Below are positions 38,336 to 51,954 of a stretch of DNA of 64,000 nt, piece by piece. Each line of letters opens with the position of its first letter. The stretch's first letter is position 1. The DNA is from Lama guanicoe (taxonomy: Eukaryota): the NCBI GenBank assembly GCA_013239625.1, contig MU053559.1, positions 3,082,324 to 3,146,323 on the forward strand, in the 5' to 3' direction. The notes under the pieces are model-generated. The model saw nothing but the letters and a program-made list of their open reading frames with translations. It was not told where the DNA came from and made no database searches. A program made the translations under genes and the position numbers.

Positions 38336-38425
38336 AAGACTGCTTAAAAGTTTTAGAAGCATTCTCCTATGTGTTTGAATAGATCTAGGAAAAATTATTC
38401 ACCTGTAAGTCACACAATCTATTCC

Positions 38426-39060
38426 ACTACAGTAGATTGTATTTCCAAAGATGGCCACTAAAACCTCTCCCATCCCATCGGCTCTTTTGCAATGTGACCT
38501 CGTCATGCCCCCATCAAGAAGAGAAATCTGTTTCCCCTCCCCTTGGATCTGGGCTGGCCCTCTGAGTTCTTTTCTTTTTTTGGGTGGTGGGTTGAGGGGG
38601 AGGTAATTAGGTTTATTAGTTACTTTTTTAATGGAGGTACTGGGGATTGAACCCAGGACCTTGTGCATGCTAAGCATGTGCTCTACCACTGAGCTATACC
38701 CTCCCAACCAATCAGTAATAGAATGTAGCAGAAGTGATGCTGGGCTCCAAGGCTAGGAATTAAGACATCTATTGCTTCTGCCTTTGCTACTTGTAATACT
38801 CCCTGCATGTAAGAAATCTGATTGTTGTGAGACCACAATGTTGTGAGGAAGTCCTAGCTAACAATATGGTGAGACAGAGGCCATTCAGAGGAGCATCTAG
38901 ATGCCAGATGTGAATGAAGCCTTATGGTACTTTCTAGTTCTATCTAGTCCCAAACCAAAAGCAGCTGAGTGAATAATGCCCGCCGATGTTCTGTGGAGCA
39001 GCACTGGCCAGCTAAGCCCAAATCAGATTCCAGATTCACGGTATCATAAACAAATAAAAT
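38426..39060 (+). mobile_element. MaLR LTR (MLT1), interrupted by a SINE
   Basis: tttccaaagatggccac...ctcttttgcaatgtgac...atagaatgtagcagaagtgatgc. Confidence 0.7.
38568..38705 (-). mobile_element. tRNA-derived SINE (vic-1-like)
   Basis: ggaggtaattaggtttatt...ggaggtactggggattgaacccaggacc...gagctataccctccc. Confidence 0.9.
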
Positions 39061-40300
39061 GAAACTAGAATGGCTCTTCAGAACATTCATGGTTGTCCTG
39101 AGTTGGACCAATCAATCATTGGATGTGGTCACCCCAGCGAGGGGGGTGACCTTGGACGAGGCAGTTCTCTACAGCTAACGCTGTCCCTGAAGTTTGACAG
39201 CTGAAGACATTCTGCCAACAGCATTTCCAGCAGTTGAAGCCATAAGTCCTTCCTTAAAGGGATAACTTGGAAGTACCCCACAGTGTCCACAAATATTTTT
39301 TGTATATGACTATTTATTTATTTAACTCTCTTCTTGTTGATAGGTATTAAGATTCTTAAGATCTCTGGATATTCTCTTGTGGGTTTTTTGTTGTTGTTTT
39401 TATTTTTTTCAGGGGGCTTAATTAGGTTTATTTATTTATTCATTGGTTTTTTTCAAAGTATAGTCAGTTTACAATGTTGTGTCAGTTTCTGGTGTAAGCA
39501 TCATGTTTCAGTCATACATATACATACATATATTCCCTTTCATATTCTTTTTCATTATAGGTTACTACAAGATATTGAATATAGTGGGAGTTTCCTTTCT
39601 ATTTCTATTCCCTGGAAGAATATTCATAATATTGGAAAGGGATCTTCCTTGAATACTTGGCAGAACTTGACCACAAAACCATCTGGGCCTGGTGTTTTAA
39701 TATATTGATTTCATTTCCTCAGTGCTTGTAGGACTACCCCAAATTTCTATTTTTCCCTGAATCAGGTTGGGTTGGTTATATTTTCTAGGAGTTTTGTCAT
39801 TTTGTATAAGTTATAAGTTTATTGGCATTAATTTTTTCATAGTATTATCTTTTCAATAAACCAACTCTTGACTTTATTGATCCTCTCTGTTGTTTGTCTT
39901 CTATTTTATTACTTACATGTTTTATTTCCTCTTTTCTATTTTCTTTGAGTTCATCCTATTTTTCTTTGACTAACTTCTTAAGTTCAGTGCTTGGCCTATT
40001 ACTTTTCATTTCATCTTATTTCACAATTTAAAAAAACTTTCTATTTTGAAATAATTGTAGATTCACAGAAATTTGCAAAAATACTACAGAGAGGTCCTCT
40101 GTATCCTTTACCCAGTTTCTCCCAATTATTACATCTTGGGGAACCATAGTACAACATCAAAATCAGGAAAATTCCATTGGTACAGCATATGTGTATAGTT
40201 TTATGCTGTTTTATCATATGTCCTGATTTGTATAATCACCATCACATTCAAAATACGGAATTATTCCATCACTACCCAGATCTTCTGTGTGTAGCCTTGC

Positions 40301-40442
40301 TTTTTGATTTTTGTTTTTGTTTTTATTGAGGTATAACTGACATACAACCTTATATTAGTTTCAGGCATACAAAATAATGATTTGATATTTGTATATATTG
40401 TGAAGTGATCACCACAGTCAGTCTAGTTAACCTCTGTCACCA
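40301..40442 (-). mobile_element. L1 extreme 3' end plus poly-A, joined to the RPL23A retrocopy
   Basis: T-rich tract followed by attgaggtataactgacatacaac...gatcaccacagtcagtctagttaacctctgtcacca. Confidence 0.8.
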
Positions 40443-40865
40443 TCGAACATATGCTTTCGTCTCGTCATCAGGTCCGATCAGGATGTTGACCTTAGCCACA
40501 CCAATGTCATAGAGCTTCTTCACAGCCTGTTTGACCTGGTGCTTGTTGGCCTTGACATCCGCAACAAACAGTGGTTGTTGTCTTCTGTTTTCTAATGGCT
40601 GACTCAGTGGCCAGGGGGAACTTGATGATGGCTAGTGGTCAAGTTTGTTTCTCCTGGGGGTGCTCTTCAGAGGCTATTTGGGCTGCCTTCAGAGCTGTGG
40701 TGTCTGAGGTCCCTGGAAGGTGGGTGATATGCGGATCTTCTTTTTTATTTTTCTTTATGGCTGTGGATGCCTTTCAGCACTGCTTTCTTGGCCCCCAAAG
40801 CCTTTGCTTTTGCTTCAGCTTTGGGAGGGGCAGGGGCTTCCTTCTTCACTTTCAGCATCATCTTT
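40443..40865 (-). pseudogene. RPL23A: Processed pseudogene of ribosomal protein L23a (uL23), 3'-truncated
   Basis: Minus strand from the ATG at 40861 reads [36 protein letters not shown] ... [39 protein letters not shown]. It is intronless with frameshifts and stops, and lacks the terminal LAPDYDALDVANKIGII. Confidence 0.95.
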
Positions 40866-41845
40866 GGGCCATAGACACTTAAAAAATGTGTACTCTGCTG
40901 TTATTGGGTGGAATGTTCTATAAATGTTGATTAGATCCTGTTGCCTGATGAGGTGTTGAGTTCTCATATATTCTTGGTGATTGTCTGCCTAGAAGTTTTT
41001 ATCAGTTGTTTATAGAAGAGTGTTGAAGTCACCATATGTATTTGTGAATTTTCTATTTTTCCTTTTCAGTTGTATTAATTAATTTTTGCTTTATGTATTC
41101 TGCAGCTCTGTTGGTTAATGTATACGCACTTAAGATTGCTATGTCTTTTTGGTAGATTGACCCTTTTATCATTATCTAAAATTCTGCTCTGCCCGAAGTA
41201 ATATATTTGTTCTAAAGACTATTTTAGCAGATAATAACACAGCCACTCCTGCATTCTTCTGATTGATGTTTGCATAGTATATATTTTCCTATTCTTTTAC
41301 TTTCAACCTACCTATATCATATTTGAAGTGAGTTTCATAGTTGGGTTATGTGTTTTAGTCTACTCTATCTATCTCTGTCATTTAATTGGTATAATTAGAC
41401 TGTTTACATTAATGTAAATAATGATATGTTAAGGCTTACATTTGCCATTTTAATTTTTGTTTTCTGTGTTTTTTGTTTGTTTCTGTTTCTTTTACCTGCA
41501 CTCCTGTGGGTTACAATCTCATTTTGATTTCTTTGTAGTATTTTTAAAAAAAATTTAATAGCTTTAAAAATTATAAAAATAATACGTGTTTTTTATAACA
41601 AATTCAAATAATCTATAAAGCAAGAAATAAAATTCCATTCTTCTGAAGAGGTACAAAATAAAATAAAGTATTGTATTTCAAGCTACTGGACTGGAAAGAT
41701 TTGAAGAATGACAAGGTGGTGGTCATAGTAGAAAACCAGTTATCACTGGCTACGTAGAGAGAAGGTATCGGGAGAACATAAATATAAACATTCTTTAATG
41801 TTTTTTAAAAGAATGACAATATCCAACACTGGTAAGCATGTAGGC

Positions 41846-41975
41846 CAGGGTTTCTCAACCTTAGCACTACTGACATAATTTTTGTTGTGGGGAACCATAC
41901 CATGTATTGTAGGATGCTTAGCAGTATCTCTGGCCTCTACCACTAGGTACCAGTAGCATCTTCAACCCTACTCCT
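41846..41975 (+). mobile_element. MER20 (hAT) fragment, one end only
   Basis: cagggtttctcaaccttagcactactgacat...tgtaggatgcttagcagtatctctggcctctacc. Confidence 0.8.
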
Positions 41976-42231
41976 CAGATTCTATAGTATTTATTAGTAT
42001 ATCTCTTTGTATGGATTTTTAGTGGTTGACCTAAGTACTACATTGTACATACATAAATAATCACAGTCTACTACTGTCTACATTTTACCAGTTTGAGTGA
42101 ACTGTAGAAATCTTATCTCCCTGTTAAATCTTTTCCTCTCCCCTGTTTATAATGATCTTAAATATTTCCTCTACATATGTTGAGACCCATATCATATGTT
42201 ATCTCTTTTCTTGCTTCAAAAGTCAAGATTT

Positions 42232-42360
42232 AGGGGGGATGGTATAGCTCAGTGGTACAGTGCATGCTTAGTATGCATGAGGTCATGGGTTGGATCCCTA
42301 GTACCTCTGTTAGACAAACAAAAAAATAATAATATATAAGTAATCTAGCTACCCTCCTCT
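42232..42360 (+). mobile_element. tRNA-derived SINE (vic-1-like)
   Basis: ggggatggtatagctcagtggtacag... flanked by the TSD aaaagtcaa(g/a)att. Confidence 0.88.
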
Positions 42361-44624
42361 TAAAAGTCAAAATTAAAAAAACTCAAAAGAAGGAAAGTCT
42401 CCTTTCTTTATGTATATTTTTACTCTTTCCCTTATTTTTATTTCTTGCTGATATTTTCAGTTTCCTTCTTTTATCATTTCTTTTCTTTTTCAAGAATTTC
42501 CTGGAGGAAATCCTTCTAGGATAGGTCTGCTGGTGACAGATTCTTTTAGGTTTCCTTTATCTGAGAATGTCTTAATTTCCTCTTCATTCCTAAAGAGCAT
42601 TTTAACTGGATATCGAATTCTAAGTTGACCATTCTTTTAACACTTGAAAAATTTTGTGTCACTTTCTTATGGCCTGCGTGGTTTCTGATGAGAATTCCAC
42701 TTCCATTTGAATTGTTTTCCCTATAGGTACGGTGTAATTTTTCTCTTACTGATTTCAAGATTTTTCTTTGTCATTCATTTTCAGAAGTTTTATTATCATG
42801 TACTATGGCATGGATTTCTTTGACCCTCTATTTTGTGTTTGCTCAGCTTCTTGAGTCTGTAGGCTTATGCTTTTGCCAAATTTGGGGACATTTTACCCAT
42901 TATTTTTTCAAATACTTTTTCAATCCCACACTCTTTCTTCTCTCTCCTCATGACTCCAAAGACATGAATGTTAGATCTTTTGCTCTATTTGTACAGGTCC
43001 CTGAGGCTTTGTTTATTATTATTAATTTTTTTACAGTTTTTTTCTCTCTGTTATTTAGACTAAATAATTCCTATTGTTCTATCTTCGTGTTCACTCATTT
43101 GCTCTTCTGTCTTCTTCATTCTGATGTTTAGCCTATCAAGTGAGATATTTTACTTAGGTTATTGTATTTTTCAGTTTCAGTTTCCATTTGGTTCTTCTTT
43201 TTATCTTCGGTTTCTTTACTGACACTTTCTATTTTTTCATTAGTTTTTATTGTGTTGTAATCGCTCCTTGAAGCATTTTTGTGATGGCTGTTTTTAAAAT
43301 CCTTGTTAGATGATTCCACTATCTGTTGACACCTCATTGTTGATGTCTGATTGTCTTTTCTTATTTAAGTTGACATTTTCCTGGCTCTTGATATGATGAG
43401 TGATTTTAGATTGTATCCTGGACATTTTTGGTATTGTGTTATGATACACTGGGTCTTACTTAATTCTTCTGTTCTAGTGGTCTTCCTCTGACACCATGCT
43501 TTCAGGGGAATATGGATACAACCTCTTTCCTGCCAGGTTAGGGGTGGAAGTCCAGCCTCTCTTAACACCCGGGGGTTGAAAGTGGCACTTTGTTACCACT
43601 AGATGGTGGTGAAAGTCATGACTCTCCACAAGACCTCTGACACCATGCCAGCAGGGAGAAGGAAGGGTTCCCTTTTACCATCAGATGGGAATGGAAGTCC
43701 TGTTTCCCCATGTGATTTCCGCCAGCTGCATGGAGGGACATTTCATTATTATCTGACTGAGTTGAAAGTCTTACCTCCCCAGTTGATCTTCCATTACATC
43801 ACCCTGCCCGGGGGCTTGGGGTGCCTTGTTATAGCCTGGCAAAGGTGGAAGTCTGCTTTCTCCCTTTGGCATTTGCTGATGTGTGCCACAGTTATTTCCA
43901 TGATGTTTGGCTGGAATACAGTGGTTATTGTCCAAAAGTTCTCTGCCTTGCTAGGTTGCCCCTTTCTTGATCCTTTGGGTAGAAACAGCAAGCTTTTTTA
44001 GGGGCTTTTTTTTTCATACCTGCTGGCATTTCTGGGTTGGCAGCTTTTCTAGCACCCAGTCTGAGACGTATACGGCAGAAAGAATATCCAAGGAACTCAC
44101 TCCTTGGGTTCCGAGGTTCCTAACTGGTCTGCCTTCTCTTCTCCCCCTTTCAAAGTTTTATGTTTGTTTTATGTATAGTATCCAAGGTTTTTAGCTATAA
44201 TTTGTGAGAGAAATAAGAGGAAGTATGTCTACTCTTTTGTTCAGGACTAGAAGTCTCCATTCAGTAATTGTTAATATGTAACATTTTCATGTTACTCAGA
44301 TTAAGAACTTTATCATTTTTCTTATGATTTTTTTCTTTACTGATTAGTTATTTATATTGTGTTCTTAATTTCCAAATATATAGGATGTACTTTTTTGGTT
44401 ATTTTACTAAACCTACTTGCCTGTGGGTGAGAAAGTTGCTTAAATAAAATTTTAAAAATAAATTCTTCAGATTTTCATTTGTAAGTGGGGATAATAATAG
44501 TTTTACTCTCATAGGGTTGTGAAGATTAAATGGATCTGTCCATGAACTTTCCTAAGAAATCATGGGAACCTTCACCATTTTTTTCTTGATCCTCCTTCCA
44601 CATAACTTCCTGGGGTAAGATGCT

Positions 44625-46385
44625 TTTTTAAATGAAAATTTTATTGAAATATAATTGCTATACCATATAAATCACTATTTAAAGTGTACAATATAATAGT
44701 TTTTAGTATATTTACAGAATTGTGTGAACACTACCACGATCAATTTTAGAACACTTTCATCTTCCCTCAGCAAAACCCCTTAGCAGGCATCTCCCCCACC
44801 CCCATCTAGACTTAGGAAGTCACTAATCTATTTTATGCCTCTATATATTTGCCTATTCTGGACATTTCGTATAAATAGAATCATACAATATGTAGTCTTT
44901 TGTGACTGGCTTCTTTCACTTAGCATAATGTTTTCAGAGTTGATCCATACTGTAGCATGTATCAGTATTTCTTTCATTTTTATTGCCAAATGTTATTCTA
45001 TTGTATGATTATACCACATTTTACTTATCTCTTCATCAGTTGATAGGCATATGGATTATTTCCACTTTGGGGCTATTATGAATAATGATGCTATGAACAT
45101 GTATGTACAAGTTTTCTGTGGACATATGTTTTCATTTCTCTTGGATATATTCCTAGGAGTGGAATTACTGGATCTTGTGGTAACTCTGTTTAACCTTTAG
45201 AGGAATTGCCAGACTTTTCCATAGCAGCTGCCCCATTTTACATTCATACTAACAATAAATGAGGGTTCCAATTGCTCCGCATCCTCACTAACACTCATTA
45301 TTATCTGTCTTTTTTGTTAGAGCCAACCTAGTGGGTGTGACATGTTATCTCACTTTGGGTTTGATTTGTATTTCTCTAATGGCTAATGATGTTGTGTATC
45401 TTCATGTGCTTATTGGCCACTTTACGTTTTCTTTGGAGGAATGTGTATTGAAATCCTTTGCCATTTAAAAAAATGGGATATTTATCTTTTTAATTGCTGT
45501 TAAATTATGAGTTCTTTGTACATTCTGAATATAAATTCCTTCAGAAGATATGATTTGCAGATGTTTGCTCCATTCTGTTTGGTTGTTTTTTCACTTTCTT
45601 GATAGTGTCCTTTGATGCACAAGTTTTAAATTCTGATGAAGTGTCACTTATCTATTTTTCCTTTTGTTGCTTTTGCTTTTGGTGTCATGTCTAAGAATCC
45701 ATTGCCAAATGCAAGGTCATGAGAGAATTACTCCTACATTTACATCTAAGAGTTTTACAGTTTTAGCTATTGACTTTAGGTCTAGGATCCATTTTGAGTT
45801 AGTTTTTCTGTGTGATGAGAGGTAGAGATGCAACTTAATTCTTTTACATGTGTATATCCAGTTGTTCCATCACCATTTATTGGAAAGAATATTATTTCCC
45901 ATTGAATTGTCATGGTACCCTTGTCAAAAATTAATTGACTATAAATGTGAATGTTTATTTCTGGACTGGTATTCCGTTGGTCTCTCCTTATGACAGTACC
46001 ACATTGTCTTGATTACCGCAGCTTTGTGGTAAAATACTGAAATTGGGAAGTTTTGTTCCTCCAACTTCGGTCTTCTTTTTGAAAACTTGTTGTGGCTATT
46101 CTGCATCTGTTGAATTCCCATTTGAATTTTAGGATCAGCTTGTCAATTTCTGCTAAGAGGTCAGTTGGAATTTTGACAGGGATTACATTGAATCTGTAGA
46201 TCAATTTGGGGAACTATTTTGATCATAACAATATTAAGTCTTCTGATCCATGAACCCAAGATGTCTTTTATTTAAATAGTCTTTCATTTCTTTCAATGAT
46301 GTTTTGTAGTTTTTGGTGTATAAGCTGTGCACTTCTTTTGTTGAATGTATTCCTAAATATTTTGTTCTTTCTAATGCTATTGTGT
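44625..46385 (-). mobile_element. L1 (L1MB-like) 3' UTR plus end of ORF2
   Basis: Reverse-strand peptides IYRFNVIPVKIP...EIDKLILKF and YHKAAVIKTMWYCHK, plus a typical 3' UTR. Confidence 0.88.
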
Positions 46386-47347
46386 GAACAGTACTCTTGA
46401 ACCATAAACATAAGGGCTATATCCCAAGAATGGCAGACCAAGAGCTGGAAGGAGTCAAGGCATCCTACACAGTTGAGGACCAAAGAGCTTTGTTTCATCT
46501 ACACAGACAGTTATGTAAGAGAAAAATAAACTTCTATCTCTGTGTCATTTTGTGTGATCTGTCACTCACAGATGAACTCATTTTAGTAAATCTAACCCAT
46601 GATGCCAATCATTCATTTATTCACTCATTCAACAGTTATCTACTGAAGATATGAAATGTCATAACATTGTGCTAGGCCCTGAATGAGGTGAAAAAGACAT
46701 GTAAATACCAGCTGTTTGAGAACCTCTCAATGACACATAAACTCTAATAAAATTTTTTGAGTAATTACAAGGTGCCATTTGTCCACTCAAGTGAATAGCA
46801 CAGACCGTGTTTGCCTCCACAAGTCAGAAAAGACAGGGGAGAGAGAGTGAGAAGAGAAGAGATCTCTAAGGACTGGAGTCTTAGAGGAAGATTTGAGGGA
46901 GGAGTCTTGAAGCAGTGGAATTTCAACAAACAGGAGAGGCATATAGATGCCTGAGCATTTCAAATGGAATATTGGGTGAGAGGGAGCAACATTAACAAAG
47001 CCCAGAAATGGGAGTTAGGATGGCAGAAAAATTGAGGGGACAATGGAGAAAGGGGCAAGGACCCATTGAGAGAACCGTGAATACCCAACTGTGCAGTCTG
47101 TGGGCAAGGTGAGGACCCTCCTTTGGTGTGAGCTGGACTGGTTTATTTAGTGGCATATCAAGGGTAGAGTAGTGGGGGCATCAGGCCTTGAGTACAAGCA
47201 ATAAGTGGGTACATTGTCTTTAGGGAATTTAAGAACAATATTAAAGTGGCCTAGAATTCGGTTTGCTTTCTATTTTCACCTTGCACTGACAACTCTAAAT
47301 AACATCACTGTTAACATACTCCTCCTTCCCAAAATCTTTTGTCAGTC

Positions 47348-47642
47348 TAGGGCAAGCTGTCCAAAGAAATATAGTGTAAGCCACATATGTTGTTTTAAAT
47401 TTCCCAGTATTTACATTAAAAATAAATAAGTGAATTTAATTTTAATAATATATTTTATTTAACCCGATATATCCAAAATAGTATTATTTCAACATATAAT
47501 CAATATAAAAATTATTAAATATTTTATATAATTGTTTTCATGCTAAGTGTGTATTTTCCACTTACAGTACATCTCAGTGTGGACTAGCTACATTGCAAGT
47601 GCTCATCGTCACATGTGGCTAATGGCTACTGTACTGGACACA
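47348..47642. mobile_element. MER33-like hAT DNA transposon
   Basis: gctgtccaa ... tggaca termini, with atatatccaaaat and gccacatgtggcta-like motifs. Confidence 0.8.
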
Positions 47643-48124
47643 TTTAAGGTATAAACAAAAGCTTTGGCTACAGTTGCATTGTAATAATAAGTTAAAAGCT
47701 CCAAATGAACACAGTGTTATTACTTATTGTTTAATAAACATTGTATTCTACATGGAAGTCAGCTTGCAGGACTCCCCGTTATATAGTCAGTCCCAAAAAC
47801 GTGTGGATTCACGTGTTTGTGTTTATTTCCCCTACTTAATCAGTAATGGTTTTTTAGAAAAAATAAAAGTACATGAGAAAAAATACAAACTTTAACAATA
47901 ATTATCTGTTAGCATAACGGTTCAGTATACTAGGATAAGCCTATCCTGGCGTGTCTAGCATGTATATTTGTCATCTTTATCTTCATATAAAAAAACTAGT
48001 GTTTTATTTTGTTGTTCCTTTTGATTTGGCGTGGTATTCTCCAAATCAATTTTTGTTCTTCCTTTAAAAAATTCTTTCCTTCTACTTGTTTTATTTCTAA
48101 CTTCTTGAGTTACTTTTTAGCCTT

Positions 48125-48542
48125 TCATCTTTTCTTTTTCCCTCTGGCTTTATTGAGCTGTAATTGATATATAGTGTAAGTTTAAGGTGTATAATGTGTT
48201 GATTTGACAGGCTGATATATTGTAAAAATGATTCGCACCATAGCATTAGCTAACACTTCCATCCTGTCACATGATGACCATTTCTTTTTTATGATGAGAA
48301 TATTTAAGTTTTAGTCTATTAGCAACATTCATGTATATGATATAATATCATTAGTTATAATCACCATGTTGTACCTTGGATCCTGAGAATTTGTTAATCT
48401 AATATCCAATATCTCTTCATCCCCCTCGCCTCCCGCCAGCCCCTGGCAACCACCATTCTACTCTCTGATTATATACGTTTGGCCTTTTTGGATTCCACAT
48501 ATAAGTGAGATCATATAGTATTTGTCTTTTTTTTTGTCTGAC
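48125..48542 (-). mobile_element. L1 3' UTR fragment
   Basis: ctttattgag...gtaagtttaaggtgtataa...ccctggcaaccaccattctactctc...ttccacatataagtgagatcat. Confidence 0.8.
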
Positions 48543-49006
48543 AGAAGAGTTTGTAATGGTTCATAATTATTAGAGCTGTTTTAGGAATAGATTTTGTCTC
48601 TAATTCCTGTGGTATTGCATATTTCTGAGAATAAATAGTAGACTAAAAATAAGGAATGATAATATCACAGTGATTGTAAACCAGAGGAAACAACACGAGA
48701 TGCATCAATTTTATCATTCTGTGTTAACCACTTGGAGTTTGTATTTGTTTTTAAAATTTAAAACAGGGAAGCAGTGTGCAAACTGTGATATTTAATATTT
48801 TTGCTGGTAAGTGAAAATTTTACTTCATACATGAAAATTTTTTAGTTATTTGAATAACATTGTTAAGGTTGAAATGTGTTCTTTTAAATCATTAGTTGTT
48901 CATTTTAAAACTAAAGAAAGAATCAAGGAAATTATGATATTTTCTCATATAGAGATGAGTGTGCTAAAAGATGATCCACCCTGAGTATCAAATTCAGTAG
49001 GTGGCT

Positions 49007-49062
49007 GTATTAGTCTGAGTTTTTCAGGAAAACAGAATTAGTAGGCCATACACACACACACA

Positions 49063-49098
<36 letters not shown>

Positions 49099-49521
49099 TA
49101 TTATAAGGAATTGGATCATGTGACTATGGAGGCTGAGAAGTCCCAAGATCTGCAGTCAGCAAGCTGGAGACCCAGGAGAGGCAGTGGTGTGGCTCCAGTC
49201 CAAGTACCAAGTCTTGAGAACCAGGAATGCCACTGGAATAATTCCAGTGTGAGTCTGAGGTCTAAGGCAGGAGAAGACTGATGTCCCAATTTGAAGACAG
49301 TCAGCCAGAGAGAGAGAATTCTCCCCTACTCAGCCTTTTTGTTCTATTCGGGTCTTCAACTGATTGGGTGAGGCCCACCCACATTAGGGAGGGCAACCTG
49401 CTTTACTTAGTCTACCAGTTCAAATGTTGATCTCATCACAGACCCACCCAGAATAATGTTTAACCAAATATTTGGGCAGCCTGTGGCTCAGTCTAATTGA
49501 CATATAAAATTAACCATCATA
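49007..49521 (-). mobile_element. MLT2 (ERVL) LTR containing a (CA)n(TA)n microsatellite
   Basis: tgtattagtctgag...tataaggaattgg...gctggagacccagg...acatataaaattaaccatca. Confidence 0.85.
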
Positions 49522-51299
49522 AGTGTAGGTTGCTGGTTTTACCAGAGAACATTTCTTTACACATTCCTCCTCTCCACCCTACGCATATCCCCCTGCCTTT
49601 TTAAAATAAACAATACTGTGATCTCCACCCACATCAAATTATGGGCTGTGTCCAAGTTAATAAAGCACATTTCTTATTATTGCTCTCTAAAGCAGATTAT
49701 TCACATTTGCTCTGAGAACCTTACTCTTGGTGAACTCACCCCATCCACCACAATTGTGACAACTCTCATTCGTATGTAAAGAGAAGACTTAATCAGAGCA
49801 AAGGCATGCATTTCAGTGCCCTACAGAAAATGTACAGTCTTAACGCGAATGTGTTCCAGTGAATGATTCTAGCCTAGAGAATGCTTCTATTGAAGCTAAG
49901 AAGATGAAAAGTAGATTAGGCCATTTGTCAGTTCTGTGACTTGAAGGACAGATACCATTTTGTGAATCAGGAGTTTGATAAAAGACATTCTGGTTACGTG
50001 AGCTTGGATATTTTAAAGGACAAATCTTTTGGCCTAAAACCAAAGCATATATAATAAAAACCTGCTATAACATGGTTAGTTTATGGGATGGATGTCACTC
50101 TTATCCTGTATCTATATTAATATGGAGGTGGTCCTGCTATATGACTGAATAAGCATATTCCCTCTGGAATAGAGTAAAGCCTATATGCTCTCCTGGAGTT
50201 TCCTTTCCATTCATGAACTGTTTCTTGGCTCTCAATAAACAATACAGGCTTTATTTTGTTTGTGTATATATCTGACTTTACTAGTTTCTTTTTTTTTTTT
50301 CATTTAGTTATCTTGCACCATCATTTATTATAGTCTTATATACCTATCTCGAGTGGCCTTTATTACGGTCTCTAACCTACAGATCTTTATATAGATCCTT
50401 CTCCCTCAAAAATTGCTGAAACCATAAAAAGCATCAGAGTATAGGTACTCATATCACACCATAAATCTTTATTTTTTATTCCTAGGCAGATGGAATTCCA
50501 AACTATTTTAGATGACAGTTTGGTATCTGAAATGATTAATCTCCCCCTTCTTTACACATAGCTATTTGTATGAAGCGTAGTCTTTAAATAGACAAGGTTA
50601 TCAATAGGTACAAACCTTAATGAAAGAAGAACTCATTGCAACATGACTCCCTTCTTTGGGTCTGTGATCTTATGATCTTTCAGATAACCACTCTCTTCAA
50701 CCAGAAAAAAATTGTTCACTTGCAATAGGCCCTTGGGCATAATATGACATTTATGATGTATAGAGTGTGCATTTCATATTTATTTCTCATGTATTTCCTT
50801 TGGTTAAAAACTAATATGCAATCTACAATATCCAAATAAATGATTTGACATATTTTATACAACACATGTTCAAGCAATTAATTTTCTCATGGAAATGTCA
50901 TACCATTTAACTCATAGTTATGAGCCAAATATTTGTGCAGTAGTTCGTAATGAATATATGCATAATCACAGATTGCCCTACTTTCTTTATTCTCAAATAT
51001 AATTTAAAGGGACAGAATCAGGGTGCACTGGACTTCACATTATTTAATGCTTGATGCATATTAGGCTCTCAATAACTCCTTATTGGATGAATAAATACAT
51101 GACTGGACAATTTGGCAGATTTTATCAAATCCTTTAAGTTTTGGGTTAGTCTTATTGGAGCCTTATTATATTACTAACATAATTAACTGTGTATGTTTTG
51201 AAAAGACTTGTTTGCCAAAGAGTACAGCAAAAAATAATTATGGATATATGTGAATAATGATGATGTAAAAACCAATTTATATGCATCAAGTAGGGAACA

Positions 51300-51900
51300 T
51301 CTATATCAGTTAGATTATTTCCAATGGCAGGTGACAAAAAACAAGGCTCAAAATGGCTTAAAAATAAGGAAATCTATTACCATGCCGAAAAGTAATGCAA
51401 GCTCCAGGCACCGTTCGAGCAGAGATTTGCTTTCTTTCTTTCAATTCTCTTGGCTTTGTGTGTTTCCTTTGTCGTCAGTCTGACTTCCCTCATGGTTACG
51501 AAGTGGCTGCCAGTGCCAGCAACACCTAGGACAATGTGCTTTCTTGCTCATGTTCAGTGGGAGAGAGCAAGAAATTATCTTCCCCCAACCATAGCCTAAA
51601 AGTCTTTTCCTACAGTGTGATTGGGTGGAATGAGGTCATGTGACCACACTTGCTTGGGGAATGCCATGCCCTGATTGCCCTTAAACTTAGATTTCTGAAC
51701 CAGTAGCTGGTAGGAATGATGGGATTGCCTTGAATAGCTGAGACTAATCAAGACCTATTCCTTGAGCTGAGGAAGGAATCAGTTTCTCCTGAGTCAACTG
51801 GGCTCTGGGGAAGTGAGGAGGATGTGTAAACAGAATTGGGTTCTGTTAGGAAGGAAGAAGGGGGAGATGGATACTGTGTATGCAAATAACAGTGTCTACT
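51300..51900 (-). mobile_element. Old MaLR LTR (MLT1K/L-like)
   Basis: Motifs tgattgggtggaatgaggtcatgtgaccac and ggttctgttaggaaggaagaagggg. Confidence 0.55.
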
Positions 51901-51954
51901 CCAACATCACACTTTAGACATTGCTTACCATTATTATTTTTCTTTCTTTAAAAT

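Larger units (their letters stand above)
40875..44255 (-). mobile_element. Old L1 5' half (5' UTR, ORF1, start of ORF2), with nested insertions
   Basis: Reverse-strand L1 endonuclease-region motif (gtactctgctgttattgggtggaatgttctataaatg) and ORF1-like peptides (KIESVSKETEDKKKNQME). Confidence 0.75.

Noticed and set aside
40571..40923. Plus-strand ORFs of 103 and 67 aa
   Set aside because: Antisense shadows of the RPL23A pseudogene.
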